A stretch of DNA of 64,000 nt from Fimbriosthenelais zetlandica (lineage: Eukaryota): assembly GCA_977030845.1 (NCBI GenBank), contig OZ365118.1:18848001-18912000 (forward strand), in the 5' to 3' direction. Shown here one piece after another: positions 26,001 to 39,240 of this stretch. A program made the position numbers and the translations under genes. Under the pieces are notes generated by a model, which had not been told where the DNA came from, did not search any database, and saw nothing but the letters and a program-made list of their open reading frames with translations. Every line of letters starts with the position of its first letter. Positions within the stretch are counted from its first letter, which is position 1.

Positions 26001-27604
26001 GGTGGATTGGCTTGATGTATTCTCGGCCTAAGCGAGGTGTACAGGAGTTTTTCCTTGACTTAAATAAGCCCTGGCCTTCTGAAGGTCAGCGCCGGAGAAA
26101 TGGTGACAGAAAGGTTAAAACCAGGGCCGGTTTTTATGTGTGGAGGTGATTGCCTTAGACATCTGCTGAGACACTAGAAGAGAAGCGGCTTGTTAGTCTC
26201 CAAATCTTCCTGCCTTTGCTTTGAGCAGGTGATCTAAGAACTTAGGTCAGTGAAACTTTGAGAGCTCCTTTCAACCAGGTTCCAGTGCAAACATACGAGG
26301 TGGCATATCGATCTGAGTTCTAAAATCACTAGACAAATACAAATACTATATGCCACCCTAAAAGATGCGCTATATATATGTTACAGGGTTTCATCATGTA
26401 CAGGCAATATGATGGATGCCCTTATTGAACCAGATCCCCCAGCTCTTGGAGATAACAGACACTGGAAAACTGGGTTTTAAGAGGTACTGCTTCACAATGA
26501 AGGACTTTAAATACCAAATCTCCATTGTTTGGATCTTTTAACCACTCATACTATTGTCATGCAAACGCCTCCTAATGGGGGCAAAGTGTGAGGAAACTGC
26601 TCGTTAATCATGGCGCTCTCATCCAAGAAAGATGCACATCTCAAACAGGCATTCTCAAATTAAAATGTCTCATGTGGGGGGCACAAGATGCATCTGTCCA
26701 CTAAGTAAATTCTGCTCTGTTCATTCACAGTGGGAAGCTTTGTCCAAATCTCAGCCAAAGGGAGGATTTGACATGGGGGTCTATAGGAAATGTTATCAGA
26801 ACCAGAAAGGGAGTGTATATATATAGCCTACAATTAATGTCTATTGCCTTTCAATCTCATCTTTTCTTTGGCAGACGCCAACATGTTAAATATCAGCAAA
26901 GAGGTCTGTGAAGATTCCAGTATATAGAAAAACGATAGATATGTGAGAATCAATAGGAAGTATTCTATATTAAGAACGTAGCTGTTCACTGCCCGCCGGA
27001 TTAGCTCATTTACTTCCTTTGTTGGGAAGCAGGAAAAGTGAAAAACAAAGCATCTCCACAGCAGTTATAGTGTAGTTGCCATGAAATGCGGCCACAAATT
27101 AGTCGAGATGTACTCTCAAACACATTGATGTAGTGCATCTTTGATCTTGGTAAACCTAAAATATGTGCACATTCATTATCTCCCATCACAGAAGCAAGAG
27201 AAGACATTCCTGTTGTGATCAATGTGAGTGACAACTTGTAGGACGTATCTGTTAATATCATGGACAACAATGGCAATGTACACATCAAGGATGTGGATGT
27301 TACCTGTCAAAGGACGAATCCTCATACAGTGGGGGGTTTATTTGTCAATGTTTTGTACACAAAATCTCCATAAAAGCACACGATAATGTATATTATATGA
27401 ATGTGCAGCCTTTGTATAAACAACTTTTTCTTGAGGCAGATTGTGACAGCTATAAGCATGAAACAATTACTGTCAGTAATCTAAATTCTGCGTCACAACA
27501 TCTCAGGTGACCAAATGCTACTCTCATTTCAAAAGTATGTCACATCCCCGACGATTGCAATATTGTGAGTGTATATTGCCTGGTGCAGCTAAAAGCACTG
27601 AGCA

Positions 27605-27756
27605 GGGGAGTAGAGGGAGGAGAGGAGGAGAGGGAGGAGGAGGAGAGGAGGAGAGGGAGGAGGAGGAGAGGAGGAAAGGGAGGAGAGGAGGAAAGGGAGG
27701 AGAGGAGGAGAGGGAGGAGAGGAGGAGAGGGAGGAGAGGGAGGAGAGTGAGGAGAG
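27605..27756. repeat. Polypurine (GAG/GGA) low-complexity tract
   Basis: About 150 bp almost entirely G/A on the + strand. It explains the Glu/Arg/Gly- and Ser/Pro/Leu-rich ORFs at 27507-27823. Confidence 0.93.
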
Positions 27757-29124
27757 AATGTGGTAACGTTTCACTCAGGGGTGATTGATATCGATAATAG
27801 GTGGGGAGAGTTACTCCTTTCACTTGTCACTTCTCCCATGTCTCAGTCTGATCGTACTAGATCTTCATCCATGTCAGGCCACTGACAGACATGTATCTCT
27901 TAGTTCCCTATCGTGTGAAGGCCGTAAGAAATAGAAGCGTTGGCCAGATTGTGAGCGACAGTCACACGACTGGAGTGTTAGGCCCGGCCGGCGTGGGGTC
28001 TCCCTCCTTTTTACATTAATGGTAGCTATCTGAGTGAGAAGGAAAGCTTTTTGTCTAAAATGGCGGCACAATGGTGGCTAAATGGGGGAGAAGATTGGTG
28101 GTGGTGGGGAGTGTTAGAGATTGGCCATCTGTCGTGGAGGTGATTGAGATATGAGGATAGAGGACGAGTATGTGAGGCCATGAGCAGCTCAACTCGAGCA
28201 GTAGGTGGGAGGAAATACAGCATTGTCTTTCTATTTACCTCACTCCCTTATGACAAGAATTCCTGGACCACAGGCGGGTGGTGGCATAAATATTAGAGCT
28301 ACATATGTCAGCAATGTAGGCTCATCAACCCCAGCCAGCATATATACAGGCAGAAAACCAATTTCTGCATTCTAAACGGTCTTTTCCAATTCATAAGACA
28401 TGAAGTTGGTCCAATGAGTTTTTCTCTCCTGACGTGATAAGGAGACAAGTGAGTAGTTCTTCCCAGTCCCTCCTGTACCAATTATACAGTTAGACATTGG
28501 AGAAGTGAAGCTCGGGACAAGATTTCTTCTCTTGAATTTATTGCACAATACAGTCCATCGTAAATCAAAACTAGAAAAAAAACTAGTAAAAGCACCGCTA
28601 GCCTTCTACCAAATATGATATATGTAGTGATAGCTATATGTCACTAGCATTCTGATGATATGGACATTGTATATATCACAAATCTGTAGAGCAGAAAATT
28701 TCGAGAGAAATGAGTCGGTGGAAAGGACTGGTTGTAAATGGCAAGCCGGGGTAGCTGTAGAGGGGACATGTCTGGTGAGGAAATCACTGCGGAAAGGAAT
28801 GTAGCAGTTGGATTATACGTGGCTATATATCTAACAACTCGCCTTAACTCCAGCCTTCCTGCCGAGCTGCTCCTATGTTACTCAATAATGCATTCAGTCA
28901 AGTGAATACTCGGGATTATGTTCCCCTTGCCTTACTTGCCAGGAAGGGGCTTAAGTTCTATGTATGCTTGTAACCGGATGGAACACCAGGTCTTTGTGAA
29001 GGCAAGATAGTCGGTCCTTTTATGATCGTATATCTTGCTCAAACAGACAAAGCAGTAACTGAAGAATGTGAGGACGTCAGTGAGATATTGTGACATTTGT
29101 GAATGTGGTTATATTTGACACGGT

Positions 29125-29199
29125 ACAGTACAGTGGTTAATGTGAGGAGATAACAGTCAGGTAACAGTACAGTGGTTAATGTGAGGATATAACAGTCAG
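29125..29199. repeat. Tandem duplication (36-bp copies, 39-bp period)
   Basis: ACAGTACAGTGGTTAATGTGAGGA(G/T)ATAACAGTCAG at 29125 and 29164. Confidence 0.92.
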
Positions 29200-31490
29200 C
29201 ATGTTCATTAACCTAAACATTAGCCATACATCATACTGATCATGTCCTCAGTGTAGAGGCAGGTCTGAGTCAATATTGTCACTACCAGGCTGACCCAAGG
29301 CTGACCAATCAATATAACAGATCAAGATATATCATTGAGCTAACTCTGACTATTAGCATCATGATGAATCTTTCTGCATAATGATTGAAGGTGAAGAAAG
29401 ATATCAGAGATTATATAATATATATATTCTTACTGATATCAATACAGGAATCACCATAAGCCTCCAATATGCTCATATCTTGTTTTTTCTTCCCCACCAA
29501 GTTGAGCAGGTACATGGCGCATCATAAAGTAGGCACCTCTTCTCTATCGTTGGCCAGTGGCAGTAGAAGGAGGACGGTGACTGGGGGAGTAAATAAAGTA
29601 TCCTGTCTCTATATGACTGGATCTATAGCCGGGTCAGAATGGAGCGGGGTAATTTTGTGTCGGCGATCCGTCAGCTGGCATCAGTGTTTGTCGTCACATT
29701 ACCCACCTATTTACCTGACATGGGAAAAACTGGTGGACGGTCAGAGGGTAAATGTTTTATCAGGTTGTGTGGGTATACTGGGGACTACTGGTGGATGTCT
29801 GCGTCCACTAACCAGCCCCACTAAACACCCACCATTAGACCTCACATTGATATTCCTACTGCTCCAATCTCCCAATCATGGAAATAGGCCACTCTGCCCA
29901 CACATGGTAAAAACCCTGCCCCAACAATCATGGCCATTATTCTTTATTAGATGGCAAAGTTTTCAATCTGCTGGCGATATTGATCCGTGTGTGTTAATCT
30001 AATCCCTGTCCCCATCGCCAAACTGCGAGTTCGATATTTTGCAGTCGTTTCTCTAAATGAGGTTTTGCTCGGTGAGGAATGAATTATTAAAATGAATTAA
30101 TTTTCTGGTGTAGAAAGTCAGAATGCATTAAAGGACGGCATTTAGAGAGTGGCACTGAATGGTAAGGTTATTAAACTCTGAGTGCTTTATCCTCTTAAAA
30201 GTATAGTTCAAACATCACAATTCCATGAAATATGTACAGTATATAAATACACTGAAATCATATTTGAATGCAAATGATAAAGCTTATATATATATACAGC
30301 AGGCAACATTATAAGGAATTGCCGGGAATTGGCTTGCATTGAAAAACATCAAAAGCTAATGCTATATATAATAGGGACATTAATGTATTAAAAACGAGTC
30401 ATTTACATATACATCACTTTGATGGCGGGACGTCCTTCCTTCCTGTCAGGGAGTCGACTAGTTCAGCCATCACATCTACAGTAGTCCCCCCAGCCTTTCT
30501 CTCCCCTAAAAAGACCTAGACACTGAGAAAAGGTCAAATCCCAATTAACAGCAGGTCTCAATAAAGAAAGACACATATAGACGACAGTCGTGACTGTAAT
30601 AGGCCCAGGTGATTGAAGGGGGAACAGGGCATTACTCGGGCTGTCTGCCATCACCGGCAGTAAAAAAAACGGCCAATAGTTGGCAGCAATCCGCCACTGT
30701 GTACCCTGACTGTGCGTAGACAGCTATTACCTCCCAGTAGGTAAATTATCACTCAACTCCTCACCTTATGGGTTTTTTAACACAGCCCTTCTTGGTGTGA
30801 CAACAAAAGTATGGGAGGATAATTAGGTGGCGTGATTAGCACGAGACTAAAGGTGGTAAGTGGCTTGATTCGTACACAGTCAGTGTGGTTAGCACGGTTA
30901 ATGAGGCTGATTAAATCATAAAAACACCTAATCTCTCCCATCACACCTTCTTGCCAGTTTTCAATTTGGAGTTTGTATGAAAAAATAGTAGTTGCAGACT
31001 TAACAGCTTATTTTTAGCTGGATTTGTTATTTATTTCCATTGAGGTTCCGCCCCAGGTCTCTGGAATGGTGCAGAAATAGGTGTAGGATCGGTATGGTGG
31101 GAACTATTCCTACTTAAAGAAACTTTCTTTATTTCAAGAAATAAAACTGCCCCTAAGAGCACCAACGTCAGGCTGTTCAAAAAATAAGAGGGCTGTAAAA
31201 AACAGGGGAAATCATTTTTAAAAAGTGAAGGTAGATTAAAAATCCAGCCATCAATTTTTCCAGCAGACTGGACACTGATCTTGATGGATTCAAATAGATT
31301 AATTTAAAATCTCAACATGTGATGCGCAACCATGAGCAATGGGCGATAAAGGGGGAGTTTAAAAGATCCTCTAGTAATGCCAATAAATGCCACTGTGCAC
31401 ATGCTATTACTGTACCACAGATCATGACCAGCCTTTGTACAGATGGATGGAGAACTATTAAGTTTTAAATATGAGAAATTGATCTCGATA

Positions 31491-31860
31491 CAGGAAGGAG
31501 TGCCCATATTTGGACACAGGTAATGATTATTGCAAGTCATTCAGGAGAAAGGGCCATATAATGTGAGTAAAGACTTCCATACAACCCAGATGCATAGCTA
31601 CCATTCACACCCTATAGTGTCGTGTTGTCACCCACACTACAAACACCTATAGTAGTGATAGATGACTGCAATTGCTCGGTGCGAAAAGGGGAAAAATTGC
31701 GTTTCAGTCGGACAAGCAATCCGGAAGTGATGTCCACGGACTGTGATTATTGGTTCTTGGAATGAATGACGCGGGAGTGACGTCACAATAAGGGCAGGTG
31801 ACGTCAGATGAATGTCGGGAAGCTTTATATATCCAGCTTAACTGCCTGTAGTTGAGTGAA
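31491..31860 (+). promoter_or_regulatory. Candidate immediate-early-type promoter (Ets+CArG/SRE, ETS, two CREs, TATA)
   Basis: CAGGAA at 31491; CArG CCATATTTGG at 31504-31513; CCGGAAGT at 31721-31728; ATTGG at 31749-31753; TGACG at 31767; TGACGTCA at 31778-31785 and 31799-31806; TTTATATA at 31824-31831. The region is CpG-rich. Confidence 0.6.
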
Positions 31861-31933
31861 ATCACTACTGGGTGGCGCTCAGCCTAAAGGCCAGATCTCC
31901 TATCTTGGCTAACCTTTAGAGATGCTACAATTG
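31855..31933 (+). other. Putative short first exon downstream of the CRE/TATA promoter
   Basis: The start is inferred about 30 nt after TATA. There is a donor TTG|GTGAGC at 31934 and an alternative TCG|GTAATG at 31961. An ATG at 31922 would give MLQL. There is no transcript evidence. Confidence 0.3.
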
Positions 31934-34900
31934 GTGAGCGCTGTGGGCGGGTTGGATTCGGTAATGTTAAGTTGTGTTTGTATTATCACTTAGCCAGGAG
32001 GCAGCAAGCATTGTCAGCCTATTGTATCTCAAGCTTAAAGAGATTTAAATTCTCCCTCAAGCACTGGAGTGGATGGCCTAGATTTGGAGTCATTTTTGTT
32101 AGATTGGAAGATAGGGGAATGTAAAAGGTCGGTTTGTGCTGGTACATAGCAACCACAGAATGTTCTACACCAACCCAAGTATCTGCTCCATTACAATGTT
32201 CTAGCCACAACACAAGCAAATAAAACGTCATTTGACAACATTCAGGTAGAACATGAACCTGTTAAAACGTGGTCAAATATCCATTCAACGAGTTCTGGCA
32301 GGTATAAAGATATCTAAGTGTATCAGGGATATATATTCTTTGAGAAGTAGGAGGGGATATCTCTTGGCCTGCTAAGACCACCGTTGAAGACCTTGCTTGG
32401 CAAATATCACAGTAAGCATTGAGCGACCTGAATCCACGTAATCTCCAGCCCTCTAACCATCTGTCCAGGCTAAGTCCTGGTGGGCAGGGGCTATCAATGC
32501 ACCACCAGGTTCAGATATAGATATACAGAGAGTGGTAAATAAGATAAAGTGTACCCCTAACACCCCCCTATATACCCCTGGTCAAGGTGACCATTGAAGC
32601 CTCATCTTCTGGGGTGTCTCTCTCCATCTATGGTCACTCTGGAGCTTTAAATCCCCCAGGACCAGTCCAGGTGAGCCAGGATTCCACGCTGGCCTAAAAC
32701 TAAAAAAAGTCTTTTCCATCTTACTCCTCAAATGCTTTTCTAGACTCTCATTCCATCTTTGCCTACAGTCTATGTAAGTATGCTAGAATATGGAATAACA
32801 ACATTGCCAATAGAATGTAGGAGATGACGCAGATGTAATTTCTGTCAATTAATGTTCGTCATTCTGGGCCACGGTAGTGATGTCCTTGATGAGTCTGGAG
32901 GTGAGAAGACATTAGAGCAGGGGACATAAAGTAAAGCTTTCCGGTGACAAAATGACAACTTTACCCGGCGTCTAACACCCAATTGTCGCTCCATGAAATA
33001 GATATAAATGCCAGGGGTGGTGTGGTGGTAGTTTAGGTTAGAGAGAAGGCCCAGCCCGAGGTGAGGGCGAGGGATTTATCACTGAGCCATCAAGTAGTTT
33101 ACCAACCAGCTCCCACTGGTACTGGCTGCAAAAACAGGCAGGAGGAAACACTGCCTTATACATGTACAAGGCCAATGGCTGGCTAAACTGGTTGGGTGTA
33201 TTCCAGTACGATAATTGGCAGATTTAATGCTGTAACCCTCAAATGAGGATATTTCATTACACAAAACAACCATCTAAGCACTACTGTTTAGGGTGAGGTA
33301 ATAAATAAAGGAATGATAGGTGATTGTGAGAGAAGTATAAATCTGGAGCTATGGTAGCAGCTGTTCAGTGAGCAGTAATACGTGAATGAGTAACAGCTTC
33401 TAGATATGGGTCAACTGAAAAAGGTGGTCTTTGTATGAGGCAATGTATACAAAAATCTCCTCTTGCCTTGTACTGTGTTTTTTTCTCTACACATCCTCTT
33501 AATGCTTACATCTCTTGACATTTAATCCAGGTTTATTCTCTTTAAACAGAACCCATCACAGCTTGCGTTTCTTTACGGCCCTCTTGGATTCACAGAACAG
33601 TGAAAATTCAAGAGCAAGGAAAAAAATGCCTTCAGTCAGTTATATCTTGGCTGTGATGAATATGCATGGGTGGAATTTCACCAGATTGCATGACCTGAAG
33701 TGGAGAGTGGGTGAGAGGCATTTGTCAGCCAATACGAGCTGTCAGAGAGCAGGGAGGCCATACTCAGGTAGAATCTGAAGGTTTGCTTGGAGATTTTTAT
33801 AAGTAGCCAGTCATATTTGCGGCACAGGCAATCTTCTTAGACTGATGAACCAGGAAATGAATAGTGTCGTTTGATAGTACTGATTTCTAGCTATTAATTA
33901 AAATGTCAAAATCTCTCACCATCATCCTCCCCGGAGAGCCGCTCATGTGGCTTATAGCCTTTACTTAATGCATAGAACCTTCAATTATTGCAGCTCTTTA
34001 AAAAAAACTTAAAATATATTAGACCAAACAATCTAGTAGTTTGGAATAAAAGTCAACAAAAATTGAGTGTATTGTGTATGAGGAGGCGCCTCAAAGTATA
34101 GAGCATTGTGAGTATTAGCTCTCCTAAATGTAGCAGTAGAGCACCATAATGCAGAACAAGAATGTAACGGGAAACAGGCATTAAAAATATAGTCTATAGC
34201 TTCAGATATGGCCTGTAAATATTTCACAGTGTAGGATCGAATCAAGGCAGGCTAGCGGGAATCCAGTCAGATTAACCTTACTCTTATCATTGTCATACGA
34301 CTTTGTGAATTTAAGAAGACTTCTTGGCACCAGCTTTATTCCCAGGGGTTCTCCGGGACATCTCTGACACAGACATTGTCTTGTTGAAGCAATTGCTGTA
34401 GAAATTCTATTTCAAAGAATGTCATTCTCTCTAGATTAGGTCTGGAAGGCAGTGTTGTGAGCGGATCATGGATTAGCCATGGATTGCTCATACACAAGTC
34501 TCTTTCTCCACAATAAAATAAAGCCGTAACTGCGGGACCATTGATAAGAAGGCCCTTTCTCTCTGTATCAATACAATATCCCATTTACAAGCTTAAGTAC
34601 TTTTTCAGGCTTTTCTAGCTGGGCTGGTTAGGCTGGGGATTTGGTGATATCATCTATTGTGTTAGAGAGGGAGGGATTAGGGAGTGCCTATATTGCCGGG
34701 TATCCCAGATGGGTTGGGTATAACAGTTTATAAGTCACTTATAGGTTCAGTCATACACCTGGAGCAGGGTTGATGAGTTGGGGTTCCATAAGTGGAATGG
34801 GCTCTGATAAGGCAATCGTTTCCCAATTAGTTTTGCCATATAAACCTGTTGCATAGCAATGTATTTACGTGTTTACATAGCCTGACCACATATCTATTGG

Positions 34901-37578
34901 ACCAGGAAACCTGCAGTGTTGGTCAGATCAGTTAGCCAGCTTTAATATAAGTAAAACATGGCTTTCATGGCCAAAGTTGGGCCAGGCTATTGTGAGATGA
35001 TAGTTTGTTGCTTTCACTAGTCTGCAATAACCAACATGGCCTGGTCCACCAGACTATAACTCCCACATCACCCTGTCACCCACTGTGTCACACAATGACA
35101 CAGTTGGCTGGCACCAAGTATTGAAATTGGATTGAAATTGGATATGGTAGGGCAGGGAATGTAGCAGAATGTGATCTTCATGATGTCTATACCTATAGAG
35201 CATGTTGTACAGGGGGCAGGGAGAGTACGAGTGAGGGCGAGGGGGTAGGGTGAGAGAGGAGAGAGAAGGGGGTATGGAGTGAGATAGAGAGTGAGAGAGG
35301 GTGAGGGAGTGAGTGGGGAAGGTGGCTGAGAACCCCTTTTAACCCACCTCATTCACCAACAAGCCAATCAGCCACCAGCTTTCCTTCCACACCCCCAGGG
35401 GTCAGGGCTGTAGTATCAACAAACACCAGGGCTATCCCTGGCTGTCAGACTAGGTGATTGGAGGTGCTCTATCTACCAAACCCAGGTCTTGTGGGCTCTC
35501 ACACCAGCTCCCTGACCTGTTCAACATCCCCCAACATCAACTGAGATGTGTTCCCACAAGCCACTCAACAAGCCCACGTCCCACCAACCATTTACCCCAG
35601 ATACTCCTCTCTCTCCATTCTCAAAGCATGTGGCATTCCCAACATCGCCCACAGCAAATGAACTGACATTTTAATTGAGCTCCTATCGATTGGGACCTGG
35701 ACTCTGCCTATTTTGCCTTAATACCATTGAAAATCTCTCTTGAAATGCCTTTGACATACGGCCTTGAATAGAGGAAGTACAACAATGAGCGGCAAACACT
35801 TGGACAATGCTCATGCTAATGCTTTAGAAATAACATCAAAGGCTTTGAAAATTAATAGGAGTGGGCTGTAAGTGAAAGTTATATGACAATTGGGCAAGCA
35901 CTGAGCATGCGCACATGCCTGAATGAACCTTCCGTTACAGTCCACTGACTTATTGTAGGAGGTTTAGATGCAGGTCTCTATGGACCCTCCACATAGATTT
36001 GTGCTGAGCAATCAAACTGAATATAAGGCTAAAGAATGTCCTCAGCTTCTATATAGCTTCAATCATTGTGGGAATACATGCAATACTGAGGGAAATGCTA
36101 AGCCAGGGCATATAGTCATTTCTGCCTTGACACAATATGAATGCACAAGTGACTTTCGGTGTCAAGATTCATATTAATATCTTTAACCCGAGTAAGGTAG
36201 AATAGTGTGTAAGTCACAAGTTTTAGCATTCTATACACACAGGTCCACTGTCACATGCTCGCTGCATGAACTACAGTCAGCATAAAGGACGAGTAAAACG
36301 TACATAGAGGTTAATTGCTCATTTGGGCGACTCTTTAAAAGGACCTACTTCCATTGAAATGGATTAATAAAATGTTTAAATAAGGCTCACAATAAAGGCT
36401 GTCGTTCAAGACTTGATGGGGAAAAAATGAAATGAGAATGACATTAAAGACAATGGGCTGAAAGGCTCCCTGCTTACAGATTACAATGGCTAATTTTCCT
36501 GTAATTCAACGCAGGACAAAAGGATTGAGAGAAGAGTTAGTTTTGTCACGGGCTAATACATTACTGTTGGTATTTGGCACTGATTTACGATGTCATATTT
36601 TTTCTATTGATTGTTAAGAATAAGTTCCGGAGCTGTGACTGTTTCCACATTGAGATGGCATAATAGGATCAATCAATCACTAATTATGAAAATGAAAAAA
36701 AAATATTACAGTCAACTGAGGCTGCATGCAGAGGCCCTGCCTTTTATGGATGAACTATAAATCAATTTTACTACTTGGTCCACTAAGACAATACTAGATA
36801 TTGAAATGTAACCCACACATCTGTAACAGACCTATAGAAAACCTCAGTCAAGTTGCAGTTAGATAACTTAAAGTGGCCATGAAACTAAACATCTGAATGA
36901 ATCAGGAATAATTTAAGCTTCAGAATATTTAGTCTTCCTTCAATAAAAAGTCGAGGCCTTCTCTGTCTGACTATGTAGAGTGTATGAAGTAGTTTATATG
37001 TTTGTATTTCCATCACTATCTCAGGCTTTGTTCTAAATGAATGAAGTTAAATTAACTTCAAAGTTACACAGCAAATACTGTTATAATCATCACTTGTCCT
37101 ATGTACTGTTAGGAATCTCTAATTCTTTTCTGAAACATACTGTCATACAGATTAAAAATAAGCTCATTAGATGGTATTGGGTGTACTAAAGGGTGTTACA
37201 TATAAATGTGCAATTTCAAATGCACAAAATTATAACATCGTATAGTAACCACTTTTTACAATGTATGATAGTTGCTTGGAGCATTTCTGTTAAACAGTGG
37301 GGAGATATGCAATTAGTGATACTGTTAAAGATAACTATAGGAATATATGACTGAATACTATTATCTAATACTACATATGTTAGTATTGTCAGGTACAAGG
37401 TAGGTATGAAGGGTATCTAATGACATTCATGCCCATAATGAACTGGTAGCCACAGGGCATTATGTAAGCACAGAATGGGACGATCACCAATTGTCTCCCT
37501 CAGCGATAAAGAATTCCTGCCTCCATTTGTCAGAGGTATTGATTAGTCTGTATTGAGAAGGTGGTAATGGGCCGTATG

Positions 37579-37815
37579 GGGAGGTGTGTGGGTGTGGGGG
37601 CTGTGTGGGAGGTGTGTGGGTGTGGGTGGGTGGGTTGGTATAGTTGGGGCTAGAAGGGGTAGAGAGCTTTGCCGGGTGGTTGGGTGTGGGGAGTTTTGTG
37701 TGGGTTGGTTGTGGGTGATGGTAGTGGGGGCCGGTATAGGGGGGTTTGGGGGTAGTGGGGGCCGGTATAGGGGGGTTGGGGGTAGTGGGGGCCGTGTTAG
37801 GTGGGTTAGGGGGTA
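37579..37815. repeat. G/T-rich low-complexity tract with internal repeats
   Basis: GGGGTAGTGGGGGCCG(GTATAGGGGGG) occurs 2-3 times within GT-rich sequence. It explains the Pro-rich minus ORF 37484..37900. Confidence 0.8.
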
Positions 37816-38340
37816 GGGATTGTATAAGCTGTGCAGTGTTTACCCTCTGTGAGAAGCTATAGGGAATCATCGATTGCCAGTAACAGGATTTACCAGTCAC
37901 ACCGCCCCTGGATATATCACTTTGTGAGATTCCACCTCCTCAAGGCAAACCATAATGACCAGTCTCCAGCGGTGATTATCATACTTGATTGCACCAGTTG
38001 CGGGGTTTGCTTTGCAACTCTTTTCCTTTTCCAAAGGCGCAAATTAACCACATTGTCTCAGGCTTCAATGAAAGGGAGACCTATTGGTGGGAGAGGAGTG
38101 AGGAGGGGCTGGGGAGCTGCTCTGAGTGGCTCTGGAGTGTGACAGCAGCAAATAAGGCCTCTTGTGCGCCTTATTGCTTGCCGTTTGCCATTTCAAGGAC
38201 CTTCAATATCCAGGCTTTTTACAAAGAAAGGTTACAAAACTTGGAATTAGTTGTTTCTCGGGGTTCGTCCTTAGGGACTTTTTTCGTTAATTGTTCAATT
38301 TGTGAGGGTCTTTTCATTAACAAGGAGGGCAGAAAAAACA

Positions 38341-38557
38341 ACGTAGTCCAACGAAAGTATGTCAAATAACATCAACATGGAAAAGTACAAACATATAGAG
38401 AGCTGAACATTATAACTTGTTATAAATCATTAACAAGTAGGGCAAAATAAAATAATGTAGTCCAACCAAAGTATGTCCAATAACATCATAATGCAAAAGA
38501 ACAAACACAGAGCTGAACATTATAACAGTAACATTATAACTTACTGTTATAAATCTT
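38341..38557. repeat. Diverged tandem duplication, period about 114 bp
   Basis: GTAGTCCAAC(G/C)AAAGTATGTC(A/C)AATAACATCA...AGAGCTGAACATTATAAC...TGTTATAAATC is seen twice. Confidence 0.85.
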
Positions 38558-38887
38558 ACATTCTACACGGACTTCAGGAGACCACTCCAAGAAGTAAGGA
38601 GAGAGAGCCTGAAAATACATGTAAATAGTAGAGTACACTGTCTATTAAAACATCAAAGAGTACTTACAGTATATTTCTGGTCAGTAAAGCTGCTCGCTGG
38701 GCTCCACCTGCAGAACAATGAGAGTACAGGTTCAATGAAAAGTGATCAAAAGTCAGTAATAAAGTGAAGGGAATATTTAATATATACATGTGGTGGATTC
38801 TATATCACGATACAGGGCTGAATGATGAGTGAGAGTCGGCTTGTCGGGTACAGATGGATGGGACGTGCAGAAAGTGATCAGAAACAG

Positions 38888-39240
38888 AACAATTGTACAA
38901 AATCACTGAGAGGAAGCGCCAGCCCTCGGATTACGATGCGATCCCTATTACATAAGGAACAATAGTTGTGGCATTGAATAATGCAATGGGCGCGCCCAGG
39001 CCAAATTGCAATCCCCCATGGACAATAGGTGGCCATTGACAATGACCCGAGCCTATTGTCCAAGTCTATTGTGCTGGGTGCTTTAGAATTAAGCTGGAAT
39101 GACCCACAGTGCCAGCAGGTCCCAAAGCCCTCTGCTCCATGTCACCAGATCCCGGGCGCATGCGCAATGGAGGTTCAAGTTGGAATGATTATTAATGTGT
39201 GGATGTTGGTTTTGGTTGAGGAATGAACTAACATGGCGGC
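38888..39240. promoter_or_regulatory. Sox/HMG-box site cluster followed by NRF1 and YY1 motifs
   Basis: Seven ACAAT/ATTGT cores in 38888-39073, four of them in ACAATAG context, including the palindrome CATTGACAATG at 39034-39044. GCGCATGCGC at 39156-39165; AACATGGCGGC at 39230-39240. Confidence 0.5.

Noticed and set aside
29469-30002. 177-aa ORF, the longest non-repeat ORF
   Set aside because: No recognisable motif, composition typical of translated non-coding DNA, and no supporting splice or promoter context.
30881-30893. 13-nt match to miR-34 (CAGTGTGGTTAGC)
   Set aside because: The seed differs (GTCAGTG versus GGCAGTG), and no complementary star arm is nearby.
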